Shown piece by piece: positions 57,478 through 64,000 of a stretch of 64,000 bases of DNA (positions are counted from its first letter, which is position 1; every line of letters begins with the position of its first letter). Position numbers and translations under genes: made by a program. Under the pieces are notes generated by a model. The model saw only the letters and a list, made by a program, of their open reading frames with translations. It did not search any database and was not told the DNA's origin. This stretch comes from Eledone cirrhosa (taxonomy: Eukaryota). Location of the stretch: positions 345,154,001 to 345,218,000 of the forward strand of contig OZ024740.1 in NCBI GenBank assembly GCA_964016885.1, read 5' to 3'.

Positions 57478-58070
57478 ACTAGCATTAAAGCCCGGCGTTG
57501 CTCGGGGTCATTAAGTTACCGAAGTTAGGTTCCACCACCCATTTTATGGCAGAACTTTTTTGTCTGCCAGGCACTGGGTGAATGAATTTAGAAAACACAT
57601 ATCCTCTATGAGGTTACTAAAACTGCTAGAAACAGCAGCTAACTCTCCCCCTTATCACACCCCTCCCTACTGTCTTAAATTTAGAAAACATATCTTCTAT
57701 GAGGTCACTAAACCTGCTAGAAGCAGCAGCTAACTCTCCCCCCTATCACACCACTCCCTACTGTCTTCAATTTAGAAAACACACAGACAACCATACAGAA
57801 CAACTCCATCGCAGCTCTGTTGTTCGGCTGGCATCGTCTACGCGCGTGTTGCGCAAGTACTGTGAAACAATAAATTTCAACACTTTTTTGCACCGAGATA
57901 ATATCCATAGGCGAAACTACAATTGTCACTGCTGGCGCAGCTCATGCTTCCAGGTCTGCAATTCATTCACCCAGTGCCTGGCAGACAAAAAAGTGCTGCC
58001 ATAAAATGGGTGGTGCAACCTAACTTTGGTAACTTAATGACCCCGAGCAACGCCGGGCTTTAATGCTAGT
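57478..58070. mobile_element. 593-bp element with ~110-bp terminal inverted repeats carrying Helitron-type ends
   Basis: ACTAGCATTAAAGCCCGGCGTTGCTCGGGGTCATTAAGTTACC...GGCACTGGGTGAATGAATT versus its reverse complement ending CCCCGAGCAACGCCGGGCTTTAATGCTAGT (few mismatches). Internal ~90-bp tandem duplication at 57588-57780. Confidence 0.85.
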
Positions 58071-58123
58071 ATATATATATACAAAGATAGATAGAAACGA
58101 TATAGATAGATATGTTTCTTTAT

Positions 58124-58548
<425 letters not shown>

Positions 58549-58549
58549 G

Positions 58550-59100
58550 TATTACGGGTACTTTATATTATCGACCCCGTAGGGATGAAAGGCAAAGTTG
58601 ACCTCGGCAGGAATTGAACTCAGACAGTAAAGGGCTGTAACTCTATGCTGCAAAGTATGGCGTCCGACCTTCTACCGATACTGCCAATCCAAGAAAATAA
58701 TTGTTTCTACATTTGGGACTAGGCCAGCAATTAGTGGTACTTTATTTTATCGACAGTGTATTAGTGGTACTTTATTTTATCGACACCGTAAGGATGAAAT
58801 GCAAAGTTAACCTCAGCGGGATTTTAACTCAGAATGGCAAGGGCCGTAACTCTATGTGTCAAAGCATGGCGTCCGACCCTCTACCGATACTACCAATTCA
58901 CCAATAATGATAATAATTTTTTCTACTTTTGGCACAAGGCCAGCAATTATCCAGTGCATTACTGGTACTTTACTTTATCGACTCCGTAAGGAGGAAAGGC
59001 AAAGTTAACCTTGGGGGGATTTGAACTCAGAATGGCAAGGGCCGTAACTCTATGCGTCAAAGCATGGTGTCCGACCCTCTACCGATACTGCCAATCCACC
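58550..59100 (-). mobile_element. Three head-to-tail SINE copies
   Basis: Core and GGCCGTAACTCTATG..CAAAGCATGGCGTCCGACCCTCTACCGATACTGCCAATCC repeated at ~58550-58700, 58701-58905 and 58915-59100. Confidence 0.85.
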
Positions 59101-60125
59101 AAGAAAATAATGATAGAATGGTTGTAGTGGTAGTTAAGCTGAGAATAAGATGGTGATTGAAGGCATAAAGAAGCACATTTAGCTGTGATTGTACGACTGA
59201 AGAGCAGAAATATGTTGATCCAATTTAATTGTCTTTCTATGCCTTCGATTACTTATTCCTAGTGAGTAAGTCTAAGATCATCTATCATGAAGAAGTCATA
59301 TGGTCAAAAGCATTCCAACGGTGACAATCTTCTCTTCTTAGAAATAATTTCTCTCAGATTACATCATTCAATATTTTCCTTCTTCTTCTTTGAGCATTTA
59401 TTTCTGGGATGGTCATTGGGTCTATCAGAATCGACAGTCTCTATTTGATGTTGCTGGATCCCTAAGTGGCGCCAGCATGAGATCGGCGTCTACAAACGTC
59501 TCTCATACCAGTTAGTTTTGCACGTAAGTTATGTCCAACGATTCTTTCCTTTGACATTCTAACACCGTATCCGTATACTTGGAAGTTTAATCTTCAGGTT
59601 CAGAGAACTAGCGGTTCTACCTTTAGCAAATCCCATATTCATTAACGTTACTTCAAAGACCCTTAAGTGTAAACCCATTTTAGGTGTTTCTTTTCGCGAT
59701 CGTATACTTTCAGACATTACCCAAGATTCATGATCAATTCAAATATGTCCTTTCATTTTTAAAATATGCTTACTGACTTATTCCTTAATAATCGCAATCT
59801 CGTGGATTCCACCATCGTAGTGGGCTGACCATTTAGTTCTTGACCAAAGTAACTTTACGTTTACCTTGCTCCAATCCAATCAGTTGAAGATGAGTACCGG
59901 CAGAAGCTAAGATTTAAGGTAATGGACTACGTGATAGCTTCTGGGCGTTTCAGGCAATTGGCACTAACGTAGAAAACACATAACAATGATGATGTTGTTG
60001 GTGATACTAAACCATGCGATTTGAGGAGGTGACGTGGCCTCAGTTTCTGCGTATATATTATGCATCCCCGTTGTATGATCATCTCTTGAATAAATTTAAT
60101 ATTGTTGACGAAAGCTAAATGGGCC

Positions 60126-60215
<90 letters not shown>

Positions 60216-60641
60216 TATTTATATATATTTATATATATTGAGATCTGCCACAGTTCCGAAAAGAAGAAGAAGAAGAAGAAGAAGAAGAAGAAGAAGAAGA
60301 AGAAGAAGAAGAAGAAGAAGAAGAAGAAGAAGAAGAAGAAGAAGAAGAAGAAGAAGAAAATCTATTGCTACCACCACTACAATACTAGAAGTAGAGGAAA
60401 CTGTGGTGTGGGTTATGAGGGAGATGCGTGTAATTGTTGATGTTCAGACAACAGACAGGCTTTTGAAATAAGCTAAGCCGGCATACGGACCGTATTTGTA
60501 GTGACACATGGAACAATGGAAAATAAATGAAGTGGTTTGGAAATGTTGAAACTAGTGTCACATAGAACAGAAATCTATAAGCTCTAAAATCGATGTAGAT
60601 GTGACTGTAGTGAGTATAAAACAGAAAAAGAAATAGCAAAA

Positions 60642-60720
<79 letters not shown>

Positions 60721-60888
60721 TGTATAGTGATATGAAAAATCCTGAGAGTGGATGTGAAACCACTGTGGCGCCGCAGTCGGGATATTAATCACTCTGTACC
60801 CACTCACCATTTCCCCTAGCATCGTCTTCTCACATGAGTGGCGCAAACTCTCTTTCTCTCTCTCTCCCTCTCTCTCCCTCTCTCTGTT

Positions 60889-60927
<39 letters not shown>

Positions 60928-60937
60928 ATATATATAT

Positions 60938-60974
<37 letters not shown>

Positions 60975-60976
<2 letters not shown>

Positions 60977-61290
60977 GGCGAATTGGTACAGCCGTTAGGA
61001 ATTAGAACTATAAAAACGTCCCACGATTTGTCCCGTTTTACTCATGCCCGAGTTCAAATGTCACACCGAGGTTGACTTTGCCTTTCATCCTTACGGGGTC
61101 GATAAAATAAAGTACCAGTAATGCACTGGATAATTGCTGGCCTTGTGCCTAAAGTAGAAATAATTATTTAGAATTACTGCCCTTGCCATCTGAGTTCAAA
61201 TCCCACCGAGGTTAACTTTGCCTTTCATCCTTACGAGGTCGATAAATAAACTACCAGTAATACACTTATGCCAAAAGCAGAAACAATTAT
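60975..61290 (+). mobile_element. Two tandem SINE copies in plus orientation
   Basis: GAGTTCAAAT..CCGAGGTT.ACTTTGCCTTTCATCCTTACG.GGTCGATAAA occurs twice (~61050 and ~61192). Confidence 0.85.
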
Positions 61291-61708
61291 TTAGAGGTTC
61301 AGTACTAGGCACATTATTTCTCACACACTCCATCTCTATGTCTACCACGCGCTTTATATATATGTATAAAGTCACTGAGAATCAAATAGTAATCCTCTTC
61401 ATAGAAATCTTGATGGTCTGCATTTCCCAAGTCAGAAATATAATTTTGTTTTCAAGCACGAAGTGGAAGAGACGCTATTGAATTAACCTAACATTGTTTT
61501 TTTTTTACCTGATTTTGTACTTTTTCACAAGCATGACTGATTATCTGTACATATGTTCATGTTATGCTATGTTAACTACACACATATATATATATATATG
61601 CTGTATGAATGGAAGACGTCAAGAGTTGAAATGCAGAGGGAGAATATGGTTAAATGAATAGGAGAATGGATGTCGACAATGTGACATGTATTAATGGATG
61701 GATAGTTA

Positions 61709-61796
<88 letters not shown>

Positions 61797-62184
61797 TAAA
61801 AATCCCGATTGCGGCGCCAAGTGGTTTCGGTTTATATGTGTGTGTCTATATATATATAAATATACATATATATGTGTTTTCGTGGGGGGAGTATGCATGT
61901 GTGCGGGGGATGAGAGAGAGTATACATAAGCGTCAAATAAAAAGGGACTATATGCCACACACAGCTTTTCGGCAAAGTTAAGAAATTTGTCGGGTTGTCG
62001 ACTTATCAGGGAATAGAAAGAGATTGAATTTTTCAAAAGCTTTAGTACTTGTCAATTTTCGTTTTCATGTCAGCTTTCTGATTTGAAAAAAAGAAAAAGA
62101 GGAAGAGGGAAAGGGAGGAAGAGAGGTAGATGTGGGATAGAAAGAAGAAAGAGAGGAATAACGATCGAGAGACAGAGATAGATT

Positions 62185-62228
<44 letters not shown>

Positions 62229-62436
62229 AATAGTATGTGATATGGTTGAAGGTATTCGTGTTTGCATGTTGGTGGTCGGGTGGGGAATGCTTTTGTCGCA
62301 AACCAGGGTATTCTTTTTATGAAGGGCCATTGAAAATCACTGTTCGACTTTTCAAGTTACAACTATGCTTTCCATTTTCTTCAGCCTATTCTGTTTTGAT
62401 ATATTTGTTATGGTTTCGGCGAAGAAATAATAATGA

Positions 62437-62475
<39 letters not shown>

Positions 62476-62877
62476 CATCATCATTATGTTATATTTCTAT
62501 TGTTGTTGTTAACATTCTTATCATTATAGTTTTGGAAGTTATTGTTGACATCATTGAGTTTGTCATCGTCGTTGTCGTTGTTGACAGCAATGTTCTTGAA
62601 TTGGCGGCATTTCTGATATGGTTGATGTTATTTTTCTTATTTTTCTTTTACATTTGTTTCACTTTTTTTATCTGTATTCAAAGATGAATAGCAAATACTG
62701 TCATTATATCGATAGTGATGATTGTGTTGGTGGTTATAGAACCGGAAGCAGCTTTCGTGTTTGGTGGTCATATTTGTGAAGATTGTAGGCCATCAGATAA
62801 CCTCCTCCATCACTCTCCCTCTCTTTCCTATTTCTCTCTCTCTCTATCTCGCTCTCTCTTTATATATATATATATAC

Positions 62878-62972
<95 letters not shown>

Positions 62973-63042
62973 ATAATAATAATAGTAATAATAATAAATT
63001 TGAAGACTACGATTCTTTGTTAAACTTTAATGTGTTATTTTA

Positions 63043-63117
<75 letters not shown>

Positions 63118-63548
63118 TCTGTCATGCTCTCACTACTCACTTCCTCACAAGAGGAAATCTTGTTGATGTTGTTATTGATGTAGCTCTTCATGATATAGTT
63201 TTTCATGTATTGTGTAAGTGGGACTATATTTTCAATAATTAACCTTTTTTGCCTTTTTTGAAGTATATAAAATTGTGATGCCTGGAAAGTGTCACTTGCT
63301 TGTTATCTCTGGCATGTAATTACATATAAGGACATAAACATCGATCAAGAGTTAAAGAGCGAGCCATTGCATGGTTAAACAACGTGCTAGAAATAGGTAT
63401 GCTGAAATAACCTTCTACAAACAAATCACGCCAGTAAGGGACTTTACATTTACAGCCAAAAATTGAAATCACTGCGAATATTGGGATTTTGTCAGTACCC
63501 AACGTAAATAATATGGACATTCGAAAGCTTTATTTACTAATGTAAATT

Positions 63549-63612
<64 letters not shown>

Positions 63613-63690
63613 GTATATACAAATAAGTCACCACAAGGATTATAATACTATAATGATATATTAGTGTAACCCCTCATACACACACACACA

Positions 63691-63759
<69 letters not shown>

Positions 63760-64000
63760 TTACGCTCATATGTGAGTGTGTGCGTGATTTTATACGTGAT
63801 TTTATATGTTGGCGAGGTACGTATGCACAGTTGGCTATCTATATTTAGTACGGATATCGTAAAATCCATCCCATTTTTGACGCCGGATGTTAATTCGAGT
63901 GGATTCTATGGGGATCATCAGTGGACGTGAAGCCTCTGTGGAATTGCTAGTTTAGCTGGATGTCAGACACATCGGATAGTTACTAAATATACAAATATAC

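Overview
AT-rich, microsatellite-saturated animal DNA. The repeat content (TA/GT/AAT/GATA tracts, one abundant tRNA-derived SINE, R4/Dong and Tx1 LINEs) resembles an octopus or other coleoid cephalopod genome; this is inference, not a database result. Most of the window is the 3' part of a minus-strand LIM-homeobox gene of the Lhx1/5 (lim1) class. Its homeobox helix-3 exon (37452-37632) is joined in matching phase across a ~28-kb intron to a downstream exon (9309/9350-9499). I did not find the LIM domains or the rest of the homeobox, so they probably lie beyond position 64000. The introns hold microsatellite-associated retroelements: six R4/Dong and Tx1 insertions stacked in one (AAT)n tract that starts at a SINE tail, and a related Tx1 family in (TATC)n. 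They also contain TA-linked fold-backs, a TA-embedded palindromic element family, a head-to-head pair of Helitron-type ends, and candidate splice elements, notably a 12-nt frame-preserving microexon that would insert LWLK into the recognition helix. Most ORF-track entries are microsatellite artefacts.
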